DNA of 64,000 nucleotides from an uncultured Ignavibacteriales bacterium (GTDB lineage: Bacteria; Zixibacteria; MSB-5A5; GN15; FEB-12): assembly GCA_964371785.1 (NCBI GenBank), contig CAYJOL010000004.1:185588-249587 (forward strand), read 5' to 3'. The translations under genes and the position numbers were made by a program. The first letter of the stretch is position 1, and each line of letters opens with the position of its first letter. Shown here in pieces: positions 9,055 to 18,962 of the stretch. Under the pieces are notes generated by a model. The model was not told the origin of the DNA. It searched no databases and saw only the letters and a program-made list of their open reading frames with translations.

Positions 9055-10299
9055 ATGGTAAATAAATCACTTCCCAAAGGATTCAGCGGACTCGGGATAG
9101 CTCCCGGACTATTGGCCGCCATAGCACGCCTTAGATTCACCGAGCCGACCCCCATTCAACTCCGTTCGATTCCGGTCGGACTTGAGGGGAAAGACCTGAT
9201 CGCTATCGCCCAAACCGGGACGGGCAAGACTCTTGCCTTCGGCATACCTCTAATTCAGAGACTGGCTCAGGTCAAGGGCCGGGGACTGGTAATCCTGCCG
9301 ACTCGGGAGCTGGCGATGCAGGTAAACGAAGCGCTGCAAGCGGTCGGACACTCTGTTGGATTGCGAACCGCCGTATTGATCGGCGGAGCCGCCGAAGGTC
9401 CGCAAAAACGAATGCTGCAGAAGAACCCGAGAATTATAATCGCTACCCCCGGTCGACTTGTCGATTTTCTCGAACAACGAGCAGTGAGCCTGTCCAACGT
9501 CCAGATTCTGGTCCTGGACGAGGCCGATCGAATGCTCGACATGGGCTTTGCTCCCCAGATCAACAAAATCCTGCAGGCGCTTCCGCAGGATCGGCAGACT
9601 ATGCTGTTTTCCGCCACTATGCCGTCGGAGATTGTAAAACTCGCGCGGCACCACATGCAACTGCCGATTAATATTGAGATCGCGCCTTCGGGTACCGCCG
9701 CTGAGAAAGTCGTGCAGGAAGTATTCTTTATCGAGAAAGAGGCCAAGAGCCGGCTACTTGAAGTATTACTGAGTGAATACCACGGGCCGGTACTCGTCTT
9801 CACGCGCACCAAGCATGGCGCCCGCAAACTGACGCGGCATGTGAAAGCAATGGGGCATGCGGCGGCCGAGATCCACTCTGATCGGAGCTTGGGACAAAGA
9901 CGCGATGCGCTCGACGGGTTTAAGGCGGGTAAATATCGGGTGTTGGTGGCCACGGACATCGCCGCCAGAGGCATCGATGTTGTAGGAATTGAACTGGTCA
10001 TCAATTATGATCTGCCCAGCAACACACAGGATTATGTCCATCGTATCGGTCGAACGGCTCGCGCCGGTATGACCGGGCGGGCTATTTCGTTTGCGACGTT
10101 TGAGCAGAGAAATGACATAAGAGATATCGAAAGATTAATTCGGACCGGGCTTTCGGTAAAGCAGGTACCGGCCCTGCCCTTTGATCGCGCTCCGCGCCGT
10201 CTTCCCGCTTTTGTCGCCGAGCGGGCTCGAACCGAGAAGAAGCGTGAACCTTTTGGCCGCTCTACTAAAAAGAAATCAGCCAAGAGCCGGCGCCGATAG
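9055..10299 (+). CDS. DEAD-box ATP-dependent RNA helicase (RhlE-like)
   Basis: Motifs AQTGTGKT (I), PTRELA (Ia), VLDEADRMLDMGF (II, DEAD), SAT (III) and HRIGRTARAG (VI). There is a basic C-terminal tail. Confidence 0.92.
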   Translation: MVNKSLPKGFSGLGIAPGLLAAIARLRFTEPTPIQLRSIPVGLEGKDLIAIAQTGTGKTLAFGIPLIQRLAQVKGRGLVILPTRELAMQVNEALQAVGHSVGLRTAVLIGGAAEGPQKRMLQKNPRIIIATPGRLVDFLEQRAVSLSNVQILVLDEADRMLDMGFAPQINKILQALPQDRQTMLFSATMPSEIVKLARHHMQLPINIEIAPSGTAAEKVVQEVFFIEKEAKSRLLEVLLSEYHGPVLVFTRTKHGARKLTRHVKAMGHAAAEIHSDRSLGQRRDALDGFKAGKYRVLVATDIAARGIDVVGIELVINYDLPSNTQDYVHRIGRTARAGMTGRAISFATFEQRNDIRDIERLIRTGLSVKQVPALPFDRAPRRLPAFVAERARTEKKREPFGRSTKKKSAKSRRR

Positions 10300-10574
10300 A
10301 AAATTGCTCGACTGATATTCTGTTTATTTGGGTCGCTCGCCTGACCATAAAGGCGCACCATATCTCTTCGTTTTCTCAATACTGGCACAAGTGAATGCCT
10401 CGCGTCGGGACAGACCGCGAAGAAAAGTAACTTGAAGCGTACCAATCTCGTCACGCAAATTGCTTAGAACAAACCACCCCTTTCCTGCGTTTAATAAATA
10501 TACTTGTCAATCCTCAATTGCCTTTGCAGTGTTATCGTACAAGTTCGATTAATTGGGTTTTGCGGAGATTTGCT

Positions 10575-11762
10575 ATGCGGAAATCTGGCCTAATCTTACC
10601 CTTATTTATACTTCCGGTACTGCTAATCGCGGCCTGCGATGACGGCCCGCCAACAGGGGGCGATCGCACTAATATAACAGCCATTCCGAACGCGATCGGT
10701 ATGCTCTGGAAATACGAGGTGTATGATAGCCTGACTCGTAAAACCGACACGGTCTGGGTTTCGGTGACGGATACCATGACCGTCGCTGGAGGCGAACTTG
10801 ACACTGAGCGGCGACTTATTAGCCTGCGCACGCAATCCGTCGAGGTCCAGTACTTTCAGCTCAGAGGGGACACCTTGGACATCTCTAAGAACTCTACCTC
10901 CGCACCCGTTTCAGAAAGAATCATCTTTCCTCTTTCGTTGGACGACACGTGGCAGGGCCAGGCCGGCGTCGATGATACCAGTCAGGTGAGCCTGATTGGA
11001 ACGGTCGCGGTTCCCGCAGGAAGATTCTACAACGGGGCCCGTATCGACCGGTCATGGAATCGTGATTTGGAAGGAGGCGGACAATGGAGCAAAACATGGA
11101 TCATCCCCAATGTCGGGATTGTGTCGCGCTCTTTGCTTAGCAAAGTCTCAAACGGAGCTCACATAACTGTCACACGAAATGAAACCTGGAGCCTGCTAGA
11201 CTATGACCTCACCACTTTTGCCCTGTCGAAATACCCTTGGTCCGTAGGCGATACCTGGAGTTACCAGCAAGTTGATTCGATCAGAATTGGACCGAATGCG
11301 ACCAGGGTCAGTTGGGATACGGTTAGAGTAACGACTGTCGAGACCTACCGACTGAGCCCTGATGATCGCTATGCCGTTCAGGAAATCGAGAGCAAGTCCG
11401 GTGTCGATACCCAATACATTATGATCTATGACGAAATATTGAGGATTCAGGCAGATAGCCTTCCCAATCCCCTTTGGGATAACTACTTTCGTTTTCCTCT
11501 CGCGGTAGGTCGCAACTGGGGAGTCCTCACATCTGCACCCGTCCCCGAAGTACTCGACAAGGAACAGATTCTCACCTCGGCCGGGATCTTCCCGTCGTGC
11601 TTTCACACCCGGTTGCACGGAGGCCAATTCGACGATTCCTGGATGGAAGAGGACTGGCTTGTGCCTGACATAGGTATGGTGAGGAGCTCGCGCCGGCAGT
11701 ACGGTCTGACCCCTCAGACCTCCAGAACCAGACTTCTTATCGCCTACCAACTGTCTCGTTGA
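10575..11762 (+). CDS. Hypothetical lipoprotein
   Basis: An internal ATG at 10575 gives MRKSGLILPLFILPVLLIAAC with a lipobox (L-I-A-A-C). I recognise no domain in the remaining ~375 aa. The upstream 19 codons of the track ORF are probably not translated. Confidence 0.6.
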   Translation: MRKSGLILPLFILPVLLIAACDDGPPTGGDRTNITAIPNAIGMLWKYEVYDSLTRKTDTVWVSVTDTMTVAGGELDTERRLISLRTQSVEVQYFQLRGDTLDISKNSTSAPVSERIIFPLSLDDTWQGQAGVDDTSQVSLIGTVAVPAGRFYNGARIDRSWNRDLEGGGQWSKTWIIPNVGIVSRSLLSKVSNGAHITVTRNETWSLLDYDLTTFALSKYPWSVGDTWSYQQVDSIRIGPNATRVSWDTVRVTTVETYRLSPDDRYAVQEIESKSGVDTQYIMIYDEILRIQADSLPNPLWDNYFRFPLAVGRNWGVLTSAPVPEVLDKEQILTSAGIFPSCFHTRLHGGQFDDSWMEEDWLVPDIGMVRSSRRQYGLTPQTSRTRLLIAYQLSR

Positions 11763-11950
11763 CTGAAGGGACCGGAGACGCTGAAGATTCGTTGAACAGA
11801 CTACGTTCCCGAGTCGTAACCTGAGGGTGGTCCGCCGATACAATACTCTTGCTCTCCCGCTCAACATGTTATATGTATACTGTTGTCCATATACCGGGCG
11901 ATTCACAACTTTGAATTTCTCCGTATTTAACCATTTATTCGGAGGCTCAT

Positions 11951-12523
11951 ATGTCTCGAGTCTTCAGTCTACCTCACTCCTGCAAATTATTGATCCCTTC
12001 TTTGTTGACCCTCGTCTTCCTTTCGACTTGCCGTGCGGATGAATTTCAAGAGCCTGTCGACTCAAGCACCGGGGATTGTTTCTGGTTCAACGTGGGGGGC
12101 GGCGGCGGTTCACTTCCGAGAAGTCTTGGCGAAGACAACGGTGGATTCTCGGGCGGTTTGAGCGGGCACTATCAAACCAAAAAACACTTGTTCTCTATTC
12201 GATGGACGACCACCGAAGAATTCAAACTCGACTTGTTCGGATATAGCGGACCACCCGCCCGGGTATGGGACGTCGGTCTTCTCTACGGTCGTTTTGCCAA
12301 AGCTAAGCATGGTATTGCCGCCATTTCCGGGGGAATCAGCATAGTTGGGGCGACTGACGGTTACAACGACGCACCCCTCCGAATGGGACTGCCTATCGAA
12401 GGCCAGTTGTTCTGGATTCCAAGTGACATTGTCGGCCTTGGGTTCAGCACGTTTGCTGACGTCAACTCGAGAATGTCCTTCTGGGGTATTCTATTTTGCA
12501 TTCAGCTTGGCCAGCTGAAATAG
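11951..12523 (+). CDS. Hypothetical small secreted / possible outer-membrane protein
   Basis: 190 aa with an N-terminal hydrophobic signal ending LSTC (possible lipobox). The sequence is Gly-rich with alternating hydrophobic stretches. I recognise no family. Confidence 0.45.
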   Translation: MSRVFSLPHSCKLLIPSLLTLVFLSTCRADEFQEPVDSSTGDCFWFNVGGGGGSLPRSLGEDNGGFSGGLSGHYQTKKHLFSIRWTTTEEFKLDLFGYSGPPARVWDVGLLYGRFAKAKHGIAAISGGISIVGATDGYNDAPLRMGLPIEGQLFWIPSDIVGLGFSTFADVNSRMSFWGILFCIQLGQLK

Positions 12524-12589
12524 AAGACAGTATACGCAAGCCCCCTCTTCCCTCTTGTAAACTCGACCGGCACAGGCTATATTCCGCCT

Positions 12590-13570
12590 ATGGCCGACCA
12601 ATTAAATGACCCCAAGACCGGTGCTCCGCTGGATATGGCGCCAATCCTGGCCCCTTTAGAACAGCTTCGAGATTGCACCTGTTGCCCTCGTGACTGCCAT
12701 GCCGATAGATTTGGCGACCGCTTGGGCTTCTGTCAGAGCGGAACCGGTATCTCGATCGGATCGATCTGCGCGCACCGGGGCGAAGAACCGGTGATTTCTG
12801 GTGAGCACGGCATATGCAATATCTTCTTTACCCGCTGTAATATGCAGTGCGTTTATTGCCAGAATTTCCAGATAAGCCGGCGCCAGGGCGAAATTGAGGA
12901 AATTGCCGTCTCGTTACCGGATGTCATTCGCCAGATTGAAACGATTCTGGAGCGTGGCTCGCACGCCGTGGGATTCGTGTCACCGTCTCACTTCATCCCG
13001 CAGGTCAGGGTCATTATGAATGCCCTCGCCGCAAGGGGTCGAAAGCCGACTTTCGTGTTCAATACCAGTTCTTACGACAAGGTGGAAACTATTAAGTCAT
13101 TCGATGGGCAGGTCGACGTCTGGTTACCGGATTTGAAGTATCTTGACGACAAACTCGGCCGGGCATACTCGGACACACCGAACTACCCTGAAATAGCGTG
13201 CGGCGCCATCAAAGAGATGTTCTACCAGAAAGGATCGAGCATCCGGTTGGACGACAATGGATGCATCACATCCGGACTAATAATTCGCCATCTGATACTC
13301 CCGGGTCGAATAGAAAACTCCAAGAAGATTCTTCAGTGGATTTCATCGGAGCTCTCACCTTCGGTTCACGTCTCACTCATGTCGCAATATCACCCGACAC
13401 CCCTGGTAGCGAACCACCCCCGGCTTGGTCGGACACTCACAGTTGAGGAGTATGACGAGGTTCTGGAAGAGTTCGACCGCCTCGGCTTTTATCGCGGCTG
13501 GGTTCAGGAGCTGGACAGCCCGTCGAACTACCGCCCGGATTTCGCTTATGACCATCCATTCGAGCGGTGA
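12590..13570 (+). CDS. Radical SAM protein, PflX-like (pyruvate formate-lyase activase homologue, COG1313 type)
   Basis: Radical SAM cluster motif CNMQCVYCQN (C-x3-C-x2-C), preceded by the N-terminal Cys-rich CTCCPRDCHADRF...GFC typical of PflX-type proteins. Confidence 0.75.
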   Translation: MADQLNDPKTGAPLDMAPILAPLEQLRDCTCCPRDCHADRFGDRLGFCQSGTGISIGSICAHRGEEPVISGEHGICNIFFTRCNMQCVYCQNFQISRRQGEIEEIAVSLPDVIRQIETILERGSHAVGFVSPSHFIPQVRVIMNALAARGRKPTFVFNTSSYDKVETIKSFDGQVDVWLPDLKYLDDKLGRAYSDTPNYPEIACGAIKEMFYQKGSSIRLDDNGCITSGLIIRHLILPGRIENSKKILQWISSELSPSVHVSLMSQYHPTPLVANHPRLGRTLTVEEYDEVLEEFDRLGFYRGWVQELDSPSNYRPDFAYDHPFER

Positions 13571-13937
13571 CGGATTCCTTGCCGATCCGATAAGTACCAG
13601 CGCTGCTACAGCAGGTACTTGACTTCCGGTGTGTCTCGGTCGGTCACCGGTCTATCCGGGCAACCCGTTAGGTTTCAATAAGTTTTGAGTCAATTTCGAG
13701 AGCGGCTCGGTTTTTGGCCCCTTCAGCTGTAAATTTTGCCGGAATTCGGCAGAAATCGTTTGGAGATTTTGACATAGACCGCTATACTCCTCGTAGTTTT
13801 GATTGACCCGGGCGGCAATAAACCGAACCGGGTCTTCTTTTGTGTTGTCTCCCCTCCATGACCAGTGTTGTCGGTACCTTGGGCGGAGCAAGAAAGAATC
13901 GGGAACCCGCCCGCGAAAACAAAGGTTGAACGACAGC

Positions 13938-15851
13938 ATGACGCCCATAACACATATTAGAAATCTGGCCATCATCGCCCACATCGATCACGGTAAAACT
14001 ACCCTCATCGATTCGATTTTCAGGGCCACCAGAACGTTCCGTGACAATCAACAAGTCGCCGAGCGCCTTATGGACAGCAATGCGATTGAACGAGAACGCG
14101 GCATCACCATTCGCTCCAAGCACTGTACCGTAAACTGGAAAGATTATCTCATCAACATTATTGATACCCCCGGTCACGCGGATTTTTCGGGCGAAGTCGA
14201 GCGTGTATTGTCGATGGTCGACTCCGTTTTGCTTTTGGTGGACGCGAATGAAGGACCGATGCCGCAGACCCGCTATGTCCTGATGCGGGCGCTTCGTCTG
14301 GGATTACGCCCTATCGTCATCCTTAACAAAGTCGATCGGCCGAACGCCCGCCCTGGCCACTCCCTGAACAAGACTTTCGATCTCTTTATAGAACTGGGCG
14401 CGTCGGACACTCAGGCGCACTTCCCCGTGCTGTATGGTTCCGGGCTCGATGGCTGGTTCGTGAGGGACATTGAAAAGGAAGATCGAGTCGGCATGGATCC
14501 GCTGTTCGAGACGATTATTCAGGAGGTTCCCGCACCGCAGGTCGATCAGGACGGCCCCTTCTTGATGCAGGTAAGCTCTCTTGACTGGAGTGACTATGTC
14601 GGTCAGATAGGTTGCGGGCGGGTGCTTCGCGGCACCCTGAACAAAGGCGACGAATTCACAAGAATAGTCTCCCGTCGTAAGGATCAGTCCCGGCCGGAAG
14701 ATGGCTGGGAGGTTGTCGGGACATCGCGCGCCAAAGGAGTCCATCTCTGGGTCACCCGGGGACTGAGCCGGGTCGAATCGGATACAGCTACGGCCGGTGA
14801 CATAGTTTGGTTGGCCGGGCCGGATGAAATCGGAATCGGTGACACGTTCTCAGCGATCGATGATCCTGCCGAAGGCCTCAAGCCGCTCGAGATAGAGGAA
14901 CCGACCCTGTCGATGTTTTTCCTCGTCAACAGCGGTCCCTTTTCTGGGCAGGATGGCAATGCCATTATGCTGCGTCAGTTGAAAGACCGGCTGCGAAAAG
15001 AGATGAATACTAACGTAGCTATGCGTATGGAAGATGTCGGTCGTTCCGATGGTGTCAAGGTGTCAGGAAGAGGCGGCCTTCATCTCGCAATTCTCATCGA
15101 AGAGATGCGCCGTGAAGGTCTCGAGTTCTGCATCTCGCGCCCTGAAGTCATAACGCACGAAGACAAAGACAACAATATTCTCGAACCGATCGAGCAGCTG
15201 CTTATCGATGTCCCGGAGGAGTATCAGGGCGTCATCATTGACAAACTCGCCCGCCGCAAAGGGAATCTGCTCGGCGTGGAAAATTCCGGTACCAACACCG
15301 TCCGGATGGATTTCGAGATTCCGACACGGGGACTGTTCGGCTACCGGTCTGAGTTCATGACCGACACCCGAGGGCTCGGTATTATGGCGTCCCGGTTGGT
15401 TGGCTATGGCGCCTGGCGGGGCGAAATTGTCGCCCGCAACAAAGGCTCCGTCATTTCCATGGAAACCGGCCCGGCGACCGCGTATGCGATCGAAGGGCTG
15501 CAGGAACGCGTCACCATTTTCGTCGAACCGAGCGAACGGGTATATACCGGCCAAATCGTCGGCGAAAACACGCGCCCTGATGAGTTGCCCTGCAATCCCA
15601 CCAAACGCAAACACCTGACTAACCACAGGTCGTCGACCAAGGATATGGCAGTCAGTATCGATGTTCCGCGCAAGATGACGCTGGAACAGGCTATGGAATG
15701 GATTCGTGAGGATGAGCTGGTCGAAGTCACTCCGAAGGCGATTCGGATTCGTAAAGCAATTCTCGATGCCGACTTGCGGCGCCGGGCCCAGAATACCGCA
15801 CTGGATACTAAATCCGGACAGCGCGTTTTGCTCACCCGACCGACGGTGTAA
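13938..15851 (+). CDS. typA: Translational GTPase TypA/BipA
   Basis: The start is taken at ATG 13938 ([23 protein letters not shown]). G motifs [16 protein letters not shown] and NKVDR are present, with EF-G-like domains following. The upstream 45 codons of the track ORF have no BipA counterpart. Confidence 0.93.
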   Translation: MTPITHIRNLAIIAHIDHGKTTLIDSIFRATRTFRDNQQVAERLMDSNAIERERGITIRSKHCTVNWKDYLINIIDTPGHADFSGEVERVLSMVDSVLLLVDANEGPMPQTRYVLMRALRLGLRPIVILNKVDRPNARPGHSLNKTFDLFIELGASDTQAHFPVLYGSGLDGWFVRDIEKEDRVGMDPLFETIIQEVPAPQVDQDGPFLMQVSSLDWSDYVGQIGCGRVLRGTLNKGDEFTRIVSRRKDQSRPEDGWEVVGTSRAKGVHLWVTRGLSRVESDTATAGDIVWLAGPDEIGIGDTFSAIDDPAEGLKPLEIEEPTLSMFFLVNSGPFSGQDGNAIMLRQLKDRLRKEMNTNVAMRMEDVGRSDGVKVSGRGGLHLAILIEEMRREGLEFCISRPEVITHEDKDNNILEPIEQLLIDVPEEYQGVIIDKLARRKGNLLGVENSGTNTVRMDFEIPTRGLFGYRSEFMTDTRGLGIMASRLVGYGAWRGEIVARNKGSVISMETGPATAYAIEGLQERVTIFVEPSERVYTGQIVGENTRPDELPCNPTKRKHLTNHRSSTKDMAVSIDVPRKMTLEQAMEWIREDELVEVTPKAIRIRKAILDADLRRRAQNTALDTKSGQRVLLTRPTV

Positions 15852-15996
15852 TTTCCCACACTTCTGTGGTCAACGCTTCATCCGTGTCGGGCTATGATCC
15901 CAATCCCGTCCCGTGAATGATGATCTTTCCCTGATAAAGCTCCGTTACAACGAGATAAATCGGTAGCGCCGGTCTGCCCGGCAATGTACGCGTTGC

Positions 15997-16431
15997 TCAG
16001 TCATCGATAAACCGTTCACGAATATCCGTGTCAGGACGCGGACAGGAATCGACATCTCCCCAAACACGGTATCTGTTTCGAGCTATATAATCGTAAGCCG
16101 CATCGAGCCAACTCCACGGAAAAACCCGGACAATCAGCGCCAGTTTCCAAGGCCAACCAAGTTCGTGGGCGATAAACAAGACTGCCCCGGACCGAGACAG
16201 CAGTTCACCGTCGGCCGCTGTGTAATCCTCCTTAACAAAGAGGGTATAACTCTTATCTGGATCTATACCTTGCTCGCCAAGTAGTTCAATTCCCCGGCGG
16301 CTCTGAAGTCGCGCAAATACAAACTGTCCCTGATCATCATGAGTTGCAATGAACCGGGCGAGACGGTTACACAACCCGCACTCCCCGTCTATCAGTACCA
16401 GGTGCTTTATTCCCATCTGTTCAGTCATCAT
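15997..16431 (-). CDS. DCC-family thiol-disulfide oxidoreductase (DUF393)
   Basis: LVLIDGECGLCNRLARFI contains the D-G-x-C-x-L-C signature. AGGAGG lies directly upstream of the tandem ATGs at 16431/16428, so the longer track ORF (to 16494) is unlikely. Confidence 0.7.
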   Translation of the reverse strand: MMTEQMGIKHLVLIDGECGLCNRLARFIATHDDQGQFVFARLQSRRGIELLGEQGIDPDKSYTLFVKEDYTAADGELLSRSGAVLFIAHELGWPWKLALIVRVFPWSWLDAAYDYIARNRYRVWGDVDSCPRPDTDIRERFIDD

Positions 16432-16779
16432 CTTCCTCCTACTCCGATATAACGTCCCGACCCCCGATCGAGGTCCGCAAAATATTGACCCCACACGACC
16501 GGTCCAAACGGTCGCAACTAAATCCGTTGTCGGGACCGTTTCAAAGGGCTCGGCGTCGAGGTCAATTTCCGTTTAGACTGTCGTTTCACGGCGATATCCC
16601 TTCCCCAACAATTCATTGACATGGTTCTCCAGTATTTAAGATATTTGTTATGATGTCTTTGTCTGGTCGGCACTCTTACGCCGTCTGCCCGAATCCTCAG
16701 CAAGACATGGCTGGAAAATTGTGCCGAATTTTCGCACCGGATTGATGAGTTCTACGAACCTTTAAGGAGGAGAACTGAT

Positions 16780-17331
16780 ATGTGGCGAAGAGTGGTTCTG
16801 GCCGGGCTTGTTGGATGGGTGGCGATGTTAGTGATCGTATTCATGGCCAACGGATTTTACGGATTCAGAGCTCGCATCGACTTCAATCAACTCGACAACG
16901 AGACTCTGGTTTATGAAACTCTCAAGCAGAACATAAGTGTCCCCGGGCGATATATCTGCAATCCGCCATTAACCACATCAGGAGTTTTTCCGGGCGGAGA
17001 ACCAGTATATAGCATCTTCTACAGTGGCATCGGACATGAAGCCGCTTCGCGTGAGCAGAGGATGCACTACCTGAGTTCACTACTTTTGACCATGATTGTT
17101 GCGGCACTGCTTTCAATGACCTCGGTTCGGGTCCTATCCAGCTATGGCCTGAAACTCCTGTTTGTTGCCCTTGTTGGACTTCTGTTGGCGATCTCCGGCA
17201 ACCTCGCTCAATTCGGAATCGGTGGCTATCCCTTCGATGATGTCCTCCGACTCGGCCTGTTCCAAGTCGCGCTGTGGCTTGTATTGGGCTTAATCATGGC
17301 CGGGTTGATCAGACCGTCTCGCGTCCGTTGA
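16780..17331 (+). CDS. Hypothetical integral membrane protein
   Basis: 183 aa with about 4 hydrophobic helices. A GGAGGAG Shine-Dalgarno sequence lies upstream. I recognise no family. Confidence 0.5.
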   Translation: MWRRVVLAGLVGWVAMLVIVFMANGFYGFRARIDFNQLDNETLVYETLKQNISVPGRYICNPPLTTSGVFPGGEPVYSIFYSGIGHEAASREQRMHYLSSLLLTMIVAALLSMTSVRVLSSYGLKLLFVALVGLLLAISGNLAQFGIGGYPFDDVLRLGLFQVALWLVLGLIMAGLIRPSRVR

Positions 17332-17370
17332 GATAGTTCGACGCTCAGCGATCATGTTTGCATTCAACAA

Positions 17371-17396
17371 GAAACCCCGGCTGGGGCCGGGGTTTC
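17371..17396. terminator. Perfect 11-bp stem hairpin between convergent genes (bidirectional terminator candidate)
   Basis: gaaaccccggc-tggg-gccggggtttc, read directly. It lies between the + gene ending at 17331 and the - gene ending at 17423. Flanking U-tracts are weak. Confidence 0.5.
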
Positions 17397-17422
17397 CATG
17401 CATGTTCGATTCTAACAATCCA

Positions 17423-18937
17423 TTACTGAGGAGTAGCTTCAAGTGTCATCGGGTCACGGAGCGGAAGGATTGTGATCTCTCCAAAATCTGAGAATTTCTC
17501 CGCGTGTTTGTCCGATCCCTTCATGACCGCCTCCGGATCCCCTACTACCAGAAAGACGAGTTTATCAGGGCGCAAGTATTTCTGGGCGACCGCCAGCACC
17601 GCATCGGGCGTGACCGCCTCGAAATTCTTCTTGTAATTCTGCCAGTAATCGTCGGGACGACCGGTATACTGGTCATCGGCAAAGGTGTTTACTATGCCGC
17701 TCATGTTACTGAACGGATTGACCACGTTGCTGATAAACCCGGCTTTTGAATTCTCGACAATCTCTGATTCGCACTTTTCGGTGCGAATCCGATTGATTTC
17801 ATCGACAATTAGACGGGTTCCGAAAGCGCCCGTCTCATGTTTGGTCTGGAACCAGGCACGAAATGTTCCGGGGAAGTCAACCGGTCGCTCAAACGCACTT
17901 CCGGAATTATAAGCCAGTCCCTCGTCCGAACGGACCCGGCGAACGATTCTCGAGGTAAATCCGCCGCCACCGAGAATGTCATTCATGACCATCAACGCAT
18001 AAGCATCGGGGATATCGCGCTTGACGCCGATATGACCGACCCGAATGCGCGACTGATTGACATCCGCCTTCTTTATCATGTAGACGCCCGGTTTCGGGTC
18101 GGGGATCTGATCTGAAATCGAAGGAAGGTCAAGCTTTTGGTCCGGCCACTCCGCAAACAGAGTGTTCAGCTTGCCAATGATATCCTTGGTCCTGAAATCA
18201 CCAGCCACGGCCACAATGAAGTTCTTCGGGAAAAAGTACTTATCACGGAAGGCAATCAGGTCATCGCGGGTAATCGAATTGATCGATTGCTCGGTAGTAC
18301 GATATGGAGTCGTGCACGGGTGGTCGCCGTACATGAGGAATTGCCACTCCCGTGATTCGATCGCCGATGTGGACGAATTGCGCTGTTCCATTCCGGACAG
18401 CAGGTCTTTGCGATAACGGTCGAGAGCATCCTGCTCAAACACGGGATTCCGAAGCACCTTGCTGAACAGCTTCAGGCCCTCATCGATGTCTTTCGACAGG
18501 CAGAACAGCGTCGCCGTCCCCTGCGAACCATCGATTCTCACCGAGATGTCTCCTGCAAGATAAGCCAGGCGCTCATCGATGGCTTTTGCGGTCATTCCCT
18601 CGACTCCGCCGTTGCGCATCAGATAGCCGACCATTCCGGCCAGCCCGGCCTTATCCACCGGCTCATACATGGAACCGGTGCGCACCAGCACCGTCAATTC
18701 GAATGTTGGCACCTCATGGTTCTCGGCGATGTAGGCGTTGATGCCGCACTTCAGGGCATGGCGATAATCAGCCGGCTTGGGCGGCTGATAGTTCAAATCC
18801 GGATAGGTAAGCTTATCGGGATGGTCGACAATGTCTGCCGCCGAAACATACGCGGCAAAACAGAGCAGGAGGGCAAGCGCCAGTACTACCACACGCACCC
18901 TCAATTGACTGCTCGGCATACAGAGTATTCTTAGCAT
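17423..18937 (-). CDS. M16-family peptidase-like protein lacking the HxxEH zinc motif (non-catalytic partner subunit type)
   Basis: 504 aa with a signal peptide. It has the M16 two-domain layout and similarity to the neighbouring M16 gene, but the region aligned to the zinc site reads GLAGMVGYLMRNGG (no HxxEH). It starts 25 bp downstream of the catalytic paralogue. Confidence 0.7.
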   Translation of the reverse strand: MLRILCMPSSQLRVRVVVLALALLLCFAAYVSAADIVDHPDKLTYPDLNYQPPKPADYRHALKCGINAYIAENHEVPTFELTVLVRTGSMYEPVDKAGLAGMVGYLMRNGGVEGMTAKAIDERLAYLAGDISVRIDGSQGTATLFCLSKDIDEGLKLFSKVLRNPVFEQDALDRYRKDLLSGMEQRNSSTSAIESREWQFLMYGDHPCTTPYRTTEQSINSITRDDLIAFRDKYFFPKNFIVAVAGDFRTKDIIGKLNTLFAEWPDQKLDLPSISDQIPDPKPGVYMIKKADVNQSRIRVGHIGVKRDIPDAYALMVMNDILGGGGFTSRIVRRVRSDEGLAYNSGSAFERPVDFPGTFRAWFQTKHETGAFGTRLIVDEINRIRTEKCESEIVENSKAGFISNVVNPFSNMSGIVNTFADDQYTGRPDDYWQNYKKNFEAVTPDAVLAVAQKYLRPDKLVFLVVGDPEAVMKGSDKHAEKFSDFGEITILPLRDPMTLEATPQ

Positions 18938-18962
18938 TGTTTATTCTCCTCTGGCGTCTGCC

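Noticed and set aside
10575-13570. Lipoprotein, small secreted protein and PflX-like radical SAM gene on the same strand, considered as a possible functional module.
   Set aside because: The intergenic gaps (188 and 66 bp) are not tight, two of the three proteins have no recognisable domain, and I know of no functional link. Co-orientation alone is insufficient.
13803-13937. 45-codon N-terminal extension of typA in the six-frame track.
   Set aside because: BipA homologues begin at the MTPI..RN(L/I)AIIAHVDHGKT region, which corresponds to ATG 13938. The extension is Arg/Ser/Cys-rich with no counterpart. Comparable over-extensions were trimmed for the genes now starting at 10575, 16431, 28844, 30142, 39410, 39608, 42174 and 51229.
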